From NCBI GenBank assembly GCA_963693365.1, contig CAVNZM010000010.1:1364001-1428000 (forward strand): 64,000 nt of DNA, written 5' to 3'. Source of the stretch: Amoebidium appalachense (lineage: Eukaryota; Protista; Ichthyosporea). Made by a program: the position numbers and the translations under genes. A model generated the notes under the pieces. That model saw only the letters and a list, made by a program, of their open reading frames with translations, was not told where the DNA came from and searched no databases. Below are positions 1-59,950 of the stretch, in pieces (positions within the stretch are counted from its first letter, which is position 1; every line of letters begins with the position of its first letter).

Positions 1-131
1 TTAATGGTAAAAAACCATCGGATAGGGTTGCATGCATACGTCATGCTGCTTCTCTAAATCACATAGACCTTACTGTTGCTCTCCACACACAAATTGCAAA
101 CCCCCCTCTCCCCCCCCCCCCACCCCCCCCC

Positions 132-265
132 CCGAGGATGGGCTCTGCTTGTAACGCATACCGTGCGCATTGCTGATGTTGCATACGTGAATGTTTGCCT
201 TTGCATGTGTCCTGCACCATAGTTCTCACCGTGTATGTGTACTTCGTACCGTGTTCCGCACTCAA
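132..265 (+). mobile_element. 3' fragment of the subfamily A repeat in a SelO intron
   Basis: GAGGATGGGCTCTGCTT...GTACTTCGTACCGTGTTCCGCACTCAA between two C-tracts. Confidence 0.75.
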
Positions 266-412
266 CCCCCCCCCCCCCCCCCCTAACACGCACGCAGACA
301 CACACAGACACACACACACACACACACACCACCCCACCCGACCACCTCACCCCCTTCCCCCCCCCCCCCCCCCCCCCCTTGCTTCAACACCTAAAACAAT
401 GCACCCCTTCAG

Positions 413-10081
<9,669 letters not shown>

Positions 10082-10924
10082 TTCCCCCGGATGCTTTTCA
10101 TTTTCCTTTTCGCTTTTTCTGCTTTGTTGGGTTGTCCGAAAGTTTTTCAGAGTCGCTTAGGTTTTTTTTTTTTTTACATTTCCCTTTCCCGCAATTTTAA
10201 GTTTATTGCGATACAAAAGCGAGCAAAAGTTCGTATATATGTGTATGCTGGTAATAGGTGATCACAGTATGTGAGAATTTGGATATATATAAGATGTTGA
10301 TGTATGAGCTGAAACCACTCTAAATATTTGACCCATGGAACAAGATTCCTTTGCCCGTTCGCAACTGAAAAATATGCGCATGCCGTGATGTTTTGTAGAA
10401 TTAGGTACTTTATTTATGATGGACACGTTGTGTGTTGAGAGCGAGACGCTTATATAGTGTTTGAGATATATCAAATATGACGGTTTTTGGTATATGGGCA
10501 CATGTACAGTTCGAAGTCTATAAGGATGCTATGGTGGTGTATCCGGGCCCTAGAGGCCTTAAAAATATATCGATTCCGAAGGGACGTGGTGTGGTCGGGT
10601 TGGGGTTGGGGTTTCGGTGGAGGTAATGGGGTGTACGTGTTAAATAAAACGTTCGGTATAGCGGAAGAAAGCATTGGTATATACAGACAACAAGCTTGGA
10701 GGTCCGTTTTCCTATCACTGGGGGAATATACCTAGCAAAAACCCCAAACCTGGGACTGGTCTCTGTGCACGTGCCTCGTGAAAGTAAACAGCATAAACAG
10801 TTTGCGTCCGCGCGGAAGATTCCACACTTTTGGGGGGGGTGGGGACGGAATCTTATTTTTCAATTAGAAGGTCAAGTTTTGGCCGTCCTCGTAATCTTAG
10901 CCCGCCGGGGGCGGCGGCGGCGGG

Positions 10925-10970
<46 letters not shown>

Positions 10971-11133
10971 GGGACCATTGCACATGCAAGTTGGTGTGTA
11001 CATCAAGTTGATAACGCGTGGTAAGATGCTGGTGGTTCAAGCTAGCGGTGGATATATAGATATACCGTTTCGCTGTGTGGTGCACGTTTGTGTGTGTGCC
11101 CTCTTTGGAACGGTTGGGGGGAGGAAGGGCGAA

Positions 11134-11173
<40 letters not shown>

Positions 11174-11238
11174 GAGAGAGAGAGAGAGAGAGGGAAGGAG
11201 GTTGGGGGTGAGGGGGGGGGGGGGGGGGAGAGGGGGGG

Positions 11239-11473
<235 letters not shown>

Positions 11474-11783
11474 AAGGCCGCAAAAAAAAAAAAAAAAAAT
11501 TGCAGCTGAGCCAGACTCGAACCCGCCGGTGCAACTGGAAATGGAAAATAGCTATAAATATTGAGTGAAATGCTGAAATTACAACTTTTAGGGGAGTTTA
11601 TGTCGTGGATCGACTCTGAAAATTTGCACCCCAATTGAAATTTAAGATTGTTCTGAAAACAGGCCCGTCGCGTAATCTTATCAATTTTGGCAAAATCGGC
11701 GTCGACGGAATCTTGTTGGCGGACAATCTTGCACGCGGACGGACACTGAAATCCATGGATGTTGTCCTCTTTTTTGTGTGCGT

Positions 11784-11870
<87 letters not shown>

Positions 11871-12382
11871 CGTGTGTGTGTGCGTGTGTGTACCGACGAC
11901 GTCGACACGCGTGTGTGTGTGTACCGTGTGGGTGTGTGGGTATGTGAATTTGTAGTGCTCGTGCTCGTGGTGGCCGGCCTGTTTTTTTTTTTGTTTTTTG
12001 TTTTGTTCTTTTTCTTTTTTTGATGGTGGTGGTGGTTGGGGCGGGGGGTTATGTTACAAATAGAAGTAAAGCTGGATGAGCCTTGTGCCTGTGGCCGTAC
12101 ACCATCACTGACTCATGATCTCCGCAACGTCTTAAATTTTTCTCTTGGCACTTCACACTGCGAAGCACTGTGCGGACACTGTTTGAATCGGCCGCCAAAT
12201 CTAAACCCAATCAGAGAAAGTGCTAAAGAACTATATTTGGTAATAATGCTCTCCGATCCAATTACAATGCATTTATATCATCAATCGAAATTGTCGACCG
12301 TGAAACTTTGAACGATCACAGTAAAAGGGGATGGATGGTTTTAGATCCATGGTACAATTTGTTATCATCCGGCCGCAATACA

Positions 12383-12761
12383 TGACGTCATGAACAGCAC
12401 CGGCCCTCTAACGTCGACGGCGCGCCGCTTGGGCGGGGGCCCGGCCCAACGTTCAAGTGGGAGTCACCGGCCACGGTTCGGGTCAGCGTCCTGGGCATGG
12501 GGTTTTCCCTTTCAAGTCTTTATGTATGTGTCCCGGGTCGCTCCCGGCTGGTGTTGTTAAAGTGAGCTGTGCTCACTTCCCCACTAGCGTTGCTGCGGCT
12601 AGAACAGTGGGATAAAGGCGTAACTAAAAATAGTGCCACTTGGGGTCAATTAGAATCCTGACTTATGAGTGTGCTATACAGTACGATCTGGGGCTAGGCG
12701 GAAGACGGTAATTACGCTCCCCTGAGGCAGTGCCTCGCTGGGAGTCAAACGGGATAAATAA
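12383..12761 (+). mobile_element. SINE-like retroposon, family 2 (~380 nt)
   Basis: Highly similar to the reverse complement of 62516-62912, with the same 5' start TGACGTCATGAACAGCACCGGCCC and several internal hairpins. No TSD is evident for this copy. Confidence 0.75.
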
Positions 12762-14127
12762 CCTCACAAGGTTACTCGTTTTGACCCCCTGGGCTTAAGC
12801 GTCAAGTAAGAGTAGAGAAGAGAGGTGTAGAAGAAGGTGACTACCCCGCCGGGGTGGAGCTATTAATCGTAAATACGACGGTTTTGAGTCGTAATTCAAC
12901 CCCTGTTGGTAGGAATGTAGATGCTGCTGCGAGCATACCCGTTAGCATCATCAATGTTCGTGTTATATCATTTTCAAATATGTAAATAAGACGATTGTGC
13001 GCTTAATGAAAAAAATTTCCCTTTTATATCTTTTACGTATATACTCTTAAAATAATCCCTTACGCCGCTTTTTTTCAGGTAAACACGTGTGTGTGGAAGC
13101 GAGCGCTTGAAAATCGTACAGCATGTAAAATCGGCGAAAGGTGCTTTTGGAATCTAGCAGCGATTGGCTTAGCCGGCACCACCCAATCATTACGCAACTA
13201 CTGATCAGACAGCGTAACTTCCTGTGAAGTCGAAGTCAGTTCCCCATATCATTGGTTTATTATCATGTGCAATACTGAAAGGGGCGGTTGCGTTGCATCA
13301 TCATCTGAAAACCGTTGCATTTTGTGAGAACCACAGAACCCGTCGTCAACTTGTAGCCTGGTCTTCACCCGCTCTTTTCTTCGTTCATCATACATAGGTA
13401 TAAGCACACATATTTTTTAGCCTAGAGCTTTATCAGTATAATCAGAAAGCTCGATATCAGAAGGGCACAGAACTTTCACGTTGATGTTTAATTAATGACT
13501 ATAGTAGCTACGTTGGTCACTTGTTTGCAGTGCATGCCATGCTGCATATTAACCCCTTAAGGTGTGTTGTTACACAGACATGTAAACTTACACGGATTAC
13601 CCTCATGACTATCAAAAGAGCCCACTAGGATTGTTTTCCTTCACCCATTAAAATACACCAGTTTTGATTCACCATTTTCAATTTTAATACCCCTAGGCCC
13701 TCAGGCTGTGACCTTTTTCACCGGGCGTGCCCTAGATCGTTATTATCCTCAACACTTATTGGCTGTTTACCCTCATAAGAGCCTTTCTTTTCCGAAACAA
13801 ATTACTGCATATAAACGTTTTACTGCACCCAAAACAAAAACCTGCTTATTAGCTCGAGCCTCGAAGTGGCGAAGGAGGCTTCGACGCTCATCAAACCGGA
13901 TTTCGAACCTTGAATGCTAAATCCATATATATAAGTTACTATTACCGGTTTCAATTTCTAGAAACTCGACAGTGCTCCTTGTCCCCTAAGGAAAATAATA
14001 TATCATTTCATCGCCGAGGTGCCATTTGAAACATGAAAAAAATACATATTCGCTAGCCTAGTTCCTCAGTCACCGTGGAATTCAGAACTTCAAAACTTCA
14101 ATTTTATTCTGTGGCCGCACCGGCAGC

Positions 14128-18535
<4,408 letters not shown>

Positions 18536-19593
18536 TTGGCTGAAAAGGTCAACTACTATGGTAAGTTATTATTGGTTTAGATCGAAACCTGCTCTATCGG
18601 ATCACCTTTTACGAAAAGTGCACCTACGTGATACTGGTTCTAGACACCATCACATCGATATCACCAAGCAGAATGAACCACTTGAACTAGCGATAATAAT
18701 AGCATCATTTGCTTACCATTGTGTGCACATGTGTGCACGTGTGTGTGTGTTTGTGTTTGTGCGTGCGTGTGCATGTATGTGTGTTCCTATCAGGTATGCT
18801 TGGGTGGAGATGGGAGGTGATGTTTGGGAAGGTGTTTTTTTTGTTTTTTTTGGGGGGGGAGGAAGGGTATGGAGAGGGGGGTGAGAGGCAAGGAGTGGTG
18901 CGCTGGAGGGAGGGGAGGATGGGGGGGGGGGGGAGAGGAGGGGAATGGGGGGGAGGAAACCGAAAAACACTCCAGAGTTTGGGAATCCGTGGTTGTGGCA
19001 GAAACCTACCATTTTTGTTTTTATGAGTGGGGGGGGGGGGGGGGGGAGCGTGTGCGTGTGTGTGTGTGAGGGGGGGGGGAGGGGGGGAGGGGGGGAGGGA
19101 GAAGGGTCAGTGCTTCAAATGTTGCAAATAGTGAATTTCTCTCCTTATGAAGTTTGAAATGAAGCCAAACCATAATTCTTATCCCCACACACAGGGAGTA
19201 AACTTGAAAGGGGAGCAAATTTCAACCAGAGTAAACTTTTGGAGCGTCTAAAAGCATCGACCTGGCAGCCAAATCATTGCCGCTGGAAGATGGACACGCT
19301 TATATGCGCGATTAAAAAGTTCAAACGGCGACAATTTGACTGCTGTTGGTTTGAAATTTCAACAAATCCTGTAATTTTTCAGACTGCAAAACCCCTTTGG
19401 ATCTGCTGCCGCAGGAGTATACTGTGTTCATTTCATTTATCTGTTTTGTTTTTATACTCATTCGTATTAATACTTTTAGTGTCGTCGCTTGCAATTGTTT
19501 TATTAATCTCACGTGGCTGTGAATTACTTTGAATGATATGTGTGTGTGTTCAAGGGTTAGAGGCGCAGTGTGTGGTGTACTATGTATGATTGT

Positions 19594-19755
<162 letters not shown>

Positions 19756-19767
19756 TGTGTGTGTCAC

Positions 19768-19827
<60 letters not shown>

Positions 19828-19926
19828 GACTCGCGGTTTGTGTGTACATGTGTGTGTGTGTGCACTCGCACCCGAGCACGGTGTTTTTTGTTTTGTTTTG
19901 TTTTGTCTGTTTTTTTTGTTTTTGTT

Positions 19927-19957
<31 letters not shown>

Positions 19958-20419
19958 GGGAGGGGTGGGGGGGGGGGGGGGGGGGGGGTTGGGGGGGGGG
20001 GGCTGACAGAGTCTCTAGTGTTTTCTCGTTTCGGCCAACCCAGACTACGTACGCTGTCAGGCTACCAATATTTATTCGCCACCAGCTAAAATAGCTACGG
20101 TATGTGACGCCACACTGATATCTCCATGTATGGAAGTATCTCAGTGTGGCGTCATTTTTGAAATTTTCCCGGGAGTTAGCTAATCTATGTAGTTTGTCGG
20201 GGTACGTAGTCTCTATTGACACATTAGCCGTTAAGGTAGTAAGTAGACGTGCCATAAGTTGGCTACGGAAGGCGAAACGGAACAAAACTCTGCATGTGTC
20301 CCTGGAAACATCAATAAATTGTTCAGATCTCTCTGTACCCTGACAACCCTTCTCTACTCCCCCCCCCCCCCCCCCCCACCCCCCAGCCTCCCCCTCCCCC
20401 CCCCCAACCATGTGTATGT

Positions 20420-21697
20420 AGGTGCCCCATTCGCACAAACGGATCTGTGCCTTGAGAGGTCTCACAAACTCGGACAAGGCTCGGGGTATTTATGACCTGG
20501 TCCAGCCAGTCTGCGAGAAATTTCGATAATGTTTATTACATCTGAACTTCTTCCTTCTATTAGCAACTACACAACTTCTCCCCCCCCCCCCCCACCCACC
20601 CACCCCACCCCCACCCCCCACCTCTACCCCTACCCGATTCCCCCCGGCCCGGCCCGGCCAGCCCCCCCTCCCCCTTCGCCGAGAGATCTGAAGATATGTA
20701 ACTGGTTCCATGCTTAGCCATGCGCCGTTGCCCCTCTCCCCTCTCCTCCCTCCCTCCCTACCTCCCCCTCCCCCCCCCCCCCCCCCAAAAAAAAGAAGCC
20801 CCTCCCCCCCCCCCCCCCCCCTCCCCCCCAGACCCCACCCCACCCCGCCACCGGCACCACCATCACCACCTTTCCCGCTTGTGGATAATTATAATACCCG
20901 ATAAAGCACGCTGCATAATTGGTTTTCAAGTTTTGAGATATATTGGGGCCGGGATATAAGACTATGATGATAAATCAGGGGTTCTCACCGGGGTAAGTCT
21001 GTGTGATGGACAGGTTCAAGCAATAAAATGAACAACCTTGAATCACATTTTTTGAAATCTGCTGTATTTCAACAGTTATGATGTAACAAGAGTATATTTA
21101 TATGTGTCTCAACCTCTAATAATAGGTTCATGATCAATGATAATGAAAAAGAATGGCCGTTTACCAAGTTACTTAAAAGCATTATGTACAGTTAATAATT
21201 ATGATGCAAAAAATGTGAAGTTTATAGCTTTTAATTATCATGATCTCCTACATCAACACCATCTTAAGCAACAAACCACATCAATATTAACAATATACAT
21301 ACACTTAGGAGGCTTCCAAAATCATTGGCTAGAGTGCCAATAACTATCTAACAGTTGTATACACAAGAATATGAAGTGAAAAATCTATTAACGTTCTCTA
21401 ACAAACAATGATTGGATGTGGGGGGAGAAATGTGTTGTTGATTAGTGTACTTGATGTCTTACGTAACTTCATGCCTCATCTCCCTTGAAACGACGTTCTT
21501 CTGGTGGAAACAACATCCCCCCCCCCCCCCCCCCCTTCCCCCCCCTTCCCCCCCCTTCCCCCCCCCCCCTTCCCCCTATATGATATATATATACTTATAT
21601 ATATATATATATATATATATATAAGAAAGAAAAAAAAGGAAGGAAAGAAGAAAAGAAAGACAAAGAGAAAAGAGAAAAGGAAAGAAAAGAAAAGGAA

Positions 21698-21739
<42 letters not shown>

Positions 21740-21920
21740 AAAGAAAGAGAGAGAGAAAAGGAAAGAAAAGAAAAGGAAAGGAAAGGAAAGGCAAGGAAGG
21801 AAGAAAAGGAAAGGAAAGGAAAGGAAGGAAGAAAAAAAGAAAAGAAGAGATCGATAGAAAGAAAAAAAAAAAAAAGAAAGAAGAAAAAAAAAAGGAAAGA
21901 TAGTTTGAGAAAGTACTTGC

Positions 21921-21957
<37 letters not shown>

Positions 21958-22040
21958 CACACACACACACACAAACAAACACACAGACACACACACACAC
22001 ACACACACCGTGGCACACACACACACACACACACACACAC

Positions 22041-22118
<78 letters not shown>

Positions 22119-22823
22119 TCGGCCTCCTCCTCCTCATCCTCCTTGATTCGGTCGAGGCAAAGTTTGGTCAAAACATGAAATTACGCACCTAATCGATCGC
22201 ATATTTAAGGTGAGCGATCATCCAATCGCACACCACGAACATGACTCCACCGCAGGGTGTAGAATTCGTTTTTGTTTGTGCCATAAGTTAGCCCCCGCCT
22301 GGATGCCCCTAGTAGAGCCACCAAACGGATTTAGAGGTATTTCTAATAAATATTTTTGGCTGTATTATCCATTGGTTTTGTATTGGTGGACCTAACCTCA
22401 AAAGTTAGGGGCAATTTCGGTGTTTCAGGGACAATTCTGTGACCATAAAATAGGGCCTCAATAATAATGTTTACAGCCCTGCGTGCACCACTGTGGAATT
22501 CGAAACGTTGGCATTTGCCGAGCGGTACGTGTGCATCTGCGCGCATGCTTGATTTTGAAAGGCACGAACACAAAAGTTGGCTGGGGTAATCATTAGTAAG
22601 TAATGTTTTTCACCAGAGCGCGCAGACTATAGGTCCAGGTGTCACGTGTTGCTCTCTTGTCAATTTTTCTTCTCCTTTTACCCAAAGCATTTTTTCCGTG
22701 TTCCCCGGCATCATAAGAGTTCCAGCTCTCCCAGATCCCTCTGTGTTTATGTGTCATGCAATAGCCCGGAGATGTATGCATTAGAGTAAGGACGAGTAAC
22801 ACAGCACCAGCAATTTGGGACAT
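20420..22823 (-). pseudogene. Possible decayed or non-coding spliced minus-strand unit, divergent from the DUF1769 gene
   Basis: Signal-peptide-like start MSQIAGAVLLVLTLMHT at 22823. Unique blocks are bounded by minus-strand splice-like signals (TACTAAT..CCCCAG near 22598-22581; CAG/GTAAGA around 21463-21500). The protein-like frames are interrupted by stops and no family was recognised. Confidence 0.3.
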
Positions 22824-22949
22824 AAGAGTGCTTCGATACTGAAAGGGACAGACTTAACAATGGAAGTTACAGAGTAACCCGTCTAGAAACAAAGCTGGAA
22901 AAAACATCGTTCCAGAAAAAAGGGCTTCCGCTCATGAAACGAGTCGAGA

Positions 22950-53870
<30,921 letters not shown>

Positions 53871-54356
53871 GGTGTGTTATGTATGTTTTATTGTTTTGTT
53901 TTTTTCGACACTTGTTTTTCTCCTTTTTTTTTTTTTCTTTTTTTTTTTTCTTTTTTTTAAAAAAAAAAAAATCACTTCTCCCTTTGAGGTATGCTCTGTA
54001 AAGTGTCAAATGATAATATTTTCCTACTGGTGCACCCTTTTGGTTTTTTCCCCTTTAAGTTACCCTTTTCCCCCCTTTTTTCCCGTCCTTTCCTTTTTAA
54101 GGCGTGTGACAGACACACGTGTCCCCTTGAATGACATGACCTTTTTTCTCCCTTTTTCTTGTTTCCATTTTTGTACTATTTATTACATGACAGCCAATCA
54201 CAACACACTTTAAGGATGATATCTAATCGCGTGTTCACGGGTGGTTTCTAATTGGTTGTCGCTCAAGAATCTGTGTACATGTTTTAACTTAAAGATTTTT
54301 GGTTGTTTTTTTGGAATGTGCTATTTTTCGTTACACGTATCTAAGTACAATCTGTG

Positions 54357-54436
<80 letters not shown>

Positions 54437-54437
54437 T
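54357..54437. repeat. (TGCG)n tetranucleotide microsatellite
   Basis: About 20 tandem TGCG units. Confidence 0.95.
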
Positions 54438-54469
54438 GTGTTAAACCTTCTTTTTTTTTTCCGGGGGGA

Positions 54470-54500
<31 letters not shown>

Positions 54501-55554
54501 ATTTATGACGTTAAACTTTAGCGTTTTGAAGTGCAACACCTATAACTTGATTTTAGGTTGTTATACACGTGGAATCCAGGGGTTCGACGGGGTGAAGTTA
54601 GGTTGTTTTTTTTTTTTGGTTATTTACTTAAACACCCCAATATTTACATGTAACCATACAGTGCACTAATGGTGTGTTTGCCAGTGTGAGATAATAACAC
54701 CACAAAGCATGCACAAAGAAAGAGCTATTTGAGAATTATATGTATTTTCTCTTAATGAGTTTTCAGTGGTTTGTGTGCGTTCGTAAGGAGTCTCTATTAG
54801 TATCGTGCAATGACAAGGTTTTGAATTTATACATATCAAACCAGGCTAAGATGATTTTATAATTAATTAGGAATATCCCACCCTGAAGACATATCACTAT
54901 TAGTGCTGTGCAGATGTACTGCAGGCAAGTGTGCTTGCGATCTAATAATAATGGCGCAATAAAGTTGTAGAAAGTTTAGGCGCCCATGCAAATGATGTAT
55001 TTACGTCCACACGAACCCCAAGGTGACCCAGTCGGATAAAGCTTGCTTGCCCCTTCTCCCTCCCCCCTCCTCCCCCTCCTCCCCCTCCTCCCCCCCCCTC
55101 CCCCCTTCCCCCCTTCCCCCACCCCCTCGATCCCTCTCCCTTGCTTATGGCTAGCCTTCACGGATAAGCCTACTTTTGTAGCAGTATTAGCATCTCTGAG
55201 TCAAACAAAACACCAATGGCATTGCAATTGTATTGCAGCGCAGCCGGAGCCGGTCGATCTTTGAGCACCCCCTTTCCCCCCCACCCCCACCCCACCCTAA
55301 CACGTACTGACGTGTTGCCGCACGTGCGACGTTTAACATCTACTCAGGCGGCAAAAAAAAAAAAAAAAAAAAAAGAAAGGAGACACCGCCTCAGTATACG
55401 TAGGTGGTAGCACCCCACCCCACCACCACCCCTTCCCCCCCAAACAGTGTACACACATGTACACCACACTCACACACACTCGTGCGCATGTGATGCACGC
55501 ACACAAGCACACAAGTGCACATGCCCATGTACACACACAAACACGCATGTACGC

Positions 55555-55557
55555 TGT

Positions 55558-55609
<52 letters not shown>

Positions 55610-55611
55610 GT

Positions 55612-55645
<34 letters not shown>

Positions 55646-55729
55646 GTGACACACACACACACACACACACCGTGACACACACACACACCGTGACACACAC
55701 ACACACACACCGTGACACACACACACACC

Positions 55730-55781
<52 letters not shown>

Positions 55782-55865
55782 GTGACACACACACACACAC
55801 ACACACCGTGACACACACACACACCGTGACACACACACACACACACCGTGACACACACACACACC

Positions 55866-55903
<38 letters not shown>

Positions 55904-56910
55904 GTGACACACACACACATGATCACACACACACACACACACACACACACACCGTGACACACACACACATGATCACACACACACACACACACACACCGTG
56001 ACACACACACACATGATCACACACACACACACACACACACACACAGTGAAAACCAGGGTGTGTATACACTAATACTATGCCCTAGTTAACATATGCATGT
56101 TAGGAGAAGCACGTAAGTATAGAGACAAGAAAGCGGGTGCTGCAGCTAGTCTGACACCGCACGCCGTCTAGTGTACGTTTACTCGGACACACAGCCCCGC
56201 CCAGGTGACCCAAGTCTGGAATGTACCAGCCTTTCATAGTCCCTTGGTTTCCGCCAGTCCGGAGAGCACTGCTCGCATACTTTTGTAAGGCGACAGCCAA
56301 TAGGCATGTGGCCCTACTTATGATAAAGTACATGACATATACATGAGTACATGAGCTTCTCCTGGGTGATCATAATATAGCTTCACGTTATACTACAGTG
56401 CTACATGTGTATGTCTAGTGCCCAATAAAGTGTCTACGGCACACAGTGTGTGCCGTACACCTAAGATACATGCTGGCAAAGTGTTCACGTTCTTTGCATC
56501 GCTCCTAATTGCATACTTAAGGTGCAGAGCAACTGCCCTAAAAAGGAATACAGCTAAAAGTGATGCAGCCGATTGGTAGCTACTTCCGAGGCTCTATTCC
56601 GGCCTCTAGCGAGAAGACACAAAGGCACGTAGACTGGTTGTGGGGGAACAGCACGGTGTGCACGTGAATGTACACAACCATGTCTACAACACACCGTGAC
56701 ACACACACACACACCGTGGCACACACACACACACCGTGACACACACACACATGATCACACACATACACACACACACACACACACCGTGACACACACACAC
56801 ATGATCACACACATACACACACACACACACAAACCGTGACACATACACACATGATCACACTCACACACACACACACATATGTGTACACACCGTGACACAC
56901 ACACACATGA

Positions 56911-56950
<40 letters not shown>

Positions 56951-57125
56951 CTCCGTGACACACACACACATGATCACACACACACACACACACACACACA
57001 CACCGTGACACACACACGCATGATCACACTCACACACACACACACACACACTCATGATCACACACACACACACACACACACACACCGTGACACACACACA
57101 CATGATCACACACACACACACACGC
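55555..57125. repeat. Two compound minisatellite arrays of (CA)n punctuated by CCGTGA and TGATCA, flanking ~640 bp of unique sequence
   Basis: Arrays at 55555-56045 and 56690-57125. Confidence 0.85.
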
Positions 57126-59950
57126 ATACGTATCAAAAGCTCGGTGCCACGTGCACGTTCGTGGGCACGGTATATGCATGCATGCATGTGCAGCACTTGT
57201 ACATGTACTATGGCGTACGTGTGCACGATGCATGCACATGATATATGCACGTGAGCTGGGTGATTTCAGCTGATCAGTATAATAAAAAAAATCAGTATCA
57301 TATCCATGATCGAACCTGATGCGAGGCTCACTGAGTCACGAGTCTCAGGTGCGGTATTGCAGTTTTATCCAACTTGCCATGGGCTCACGAATCATGTTCA
57401 CTCTTTAGAGTTCTACGAAGTGCGCATATGAATTTGAACATATTTATGGTTGCAATTAATATTATGCCATATACATAGTAGGGGGGTTTACGCTGTTTAC
57501 TCGAGGCAAAGAGAGTACCACGACCTTGAATGATAGTTGGCCAAACTTTGCAAACTTTGCAACCAGGCAGCTGTGACGTCCCGCCGAGATCTCGGCCTAA
57601 CGCAGCTACCTACTATAATAAGGCCACCATAATACCCCAAAGATCTTGATAATGTCGCTAACTTATATTATAAATGACGGTAATTAGGTCCATTGACCCT
57701 AGCAGGGGCACACACATAAGAAAATGCCCCTCAATATACTATGTAGTTATGTCGCCATCTATTCAGGCGAGAAAGGGCAACTTGCGTCCGGACCTTATAA
57801 TATGTATTTACGAGCCCCTCGGGCCCGGCAAAGGCTCAGTCAAAAAGAAAATTTTCGCACCCTGGAATATGGTGCATCACTCCGATCCGAACTTCAGACA
57901 TGGCGCCGCCATCGCAGCCACTGTTTCAAATGCGATGGAGAAGATTACGAGTAAAAGCCAAATTTCTGTAATAATTCTCCACAATTAATGTGTGCCACAA
58001 ACCACTGAAGTATATGTTTAAGTACTGTAAGAACGCCACCAGGACTTCTTTTATTGTTTCATTCAAGAAGAGATCATTCATGATCATGAGTGCTTCATGT
58101 GGAGTGAATAGTTTAGGGGGTTTTGTGGAAAGTCCTAGAGCCAATCAGAAGAACATAACGAATAAAGTATTTGGAGCAGTTTAATCCAACCAGGTTTTTT
58201 CTGTTAGTTTAAATCTATCTATGAAATTTGGGTCTAAATCCACTACTTGATATACTTCCAACAATAGGCTTCGGTGAACACTCAGGCACCAAAGAGATAA
58301 CCTCAAAATACTACTTTTCATATAAATAGTGCTTGATGGGTGCACTGCGCATGCGTGCACAAATATTTAATCATACTCATCGAGTATTAGCTCAATGAGT
58401 ATTAGCTAATTTCCTCCAGTTAATTCTTATAAAGTTGCTTGTAGTATAAATACGCTGACTACGTATATACGCGTACGTGTACAGTACATGTACGGCCGAC
58501 ATGTATGGCCGACGTAGTGTGCATGCGCGCCTGCATGTGCGCAGGCGTCGATCGATCGCCATGTCACCATGATGTCAGGCCGGCGGGCGCCGGTTAGCAT
58601 TGTCCGGCCGCCCGGTTCTACGCTACAAATCGGTTACAATAAGGTTGGCACACAGAGACAATAACAGCAGCTATGAGACAATTGCAAGTGCGTGATGTTC
58701 ATGCATGCCAAAATACATGTACACTGTGCGCTTGAATGTCATGTGATCTTTGAACGTTACAACTTTTGCACGTTGACTCAGAGGAAATGAGGAGTCGATG
58801 GGGACTCTTCTAGCTCCGCGCATCCAAAATGTGCGAAACAGATTTGCGATTGGACGATGTGACAAGATCTACCACCTGTCCGGAACAAATTCCAAAATTT
58901 GCAGGGTTTGCCTTACGAATCGTATTGGTCCAAAATACGATTTAGGAAACCCCGCAATACGATAAAAAAGGGGCATCCAATTAGTGAATACGACCCTGAA
59001 GGGTGTTGAAATGCTCGGAATTAGACTAAATACGATTAAGAGCGCCAAACCCAAGCTGTGACCCCTGCAAATTTGGACTAAGGAATGCATATTTGCGGCT
59101 CTAAACTCATTTGATTGGCTAATTCTGATAACTCTAATACTATCCCGGATAGTTCTGCACACATTCCATCCCGCCAGTCAGGGCGTTGGTGACGTCAAAA
59201 GCCTTGCATTGAAGTTATTGATACTAACGAGGGAGACGCCTAATGCCTATCCGAATTCACACGCAGATTGTTGTATAATGGCTCTTTAGGAAAAGAATAA
59301 TAGTTGAAACATTTTCGCTTAAAAATCACAATACATGAGTTTTATTTTTTCCCCTCACTTCTAGCTATACTTTGCGCGATCACACAACAATTCAACCGGC
59401 TCTCGATTCCTTATTCCAATCACTTTTGCGACACCCTCGAGGTTATCTTTCCGGCCCGCAGCTCGACCTCTCGCATACCCTGTACATGTGCACTTTCTTC
59501 GGTTGAATAGGATGAAAATTTGGAATTCTGACATCTCAGCTCACTGCGACCGGCTTCACAGTTTTTACAAAGATGGTTGTACAAAACATAAAGAAGGGGG
59601 CCGAACAATGTTATTATATACTGTAATTGTAAGGTCATAAGGTCATTTTTACTAGTGGAGTTGCCGTTGTTTGATGCACATGAAACATGTGTTCCTGAAC
59701 CGTTACAACGCTCGTTTATTTGCGTTCTGCTGGTCAGAGCGATTACCGTTGACAACAAAGCCAGCAAGAATCGGCTCGGAGCCGCTACAAAAAAACTAAG
59801 ATTTATCTTTCCGACTGACATTGTGCCGGTCATAATCCCCAAGCACCCACTAATAACACCTTGCTACGAGCTCAAACCAACTTCGGTTTAGTAACAGTTT
59901 CCGGCAACACACACAGTTTCTACCAGTTTCATGTTTCGTTTGGCTGAGGC

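Noticed and set aside
11498-11530. tRNA gene on the minus strand (GGGTTCGAGTCTGG B-box followed by a T run)
   Set aside because: Only a T-arm-like fragment; no D-arm, anticodon arm or acceptor stem could be built.
57540-59900. Short ORFs and palindrome-rich patches upstream of the GPCR as genes or transposase remnants
   Set aside because: No recognisable motifs, splice-consistent chain or terminal repeats.
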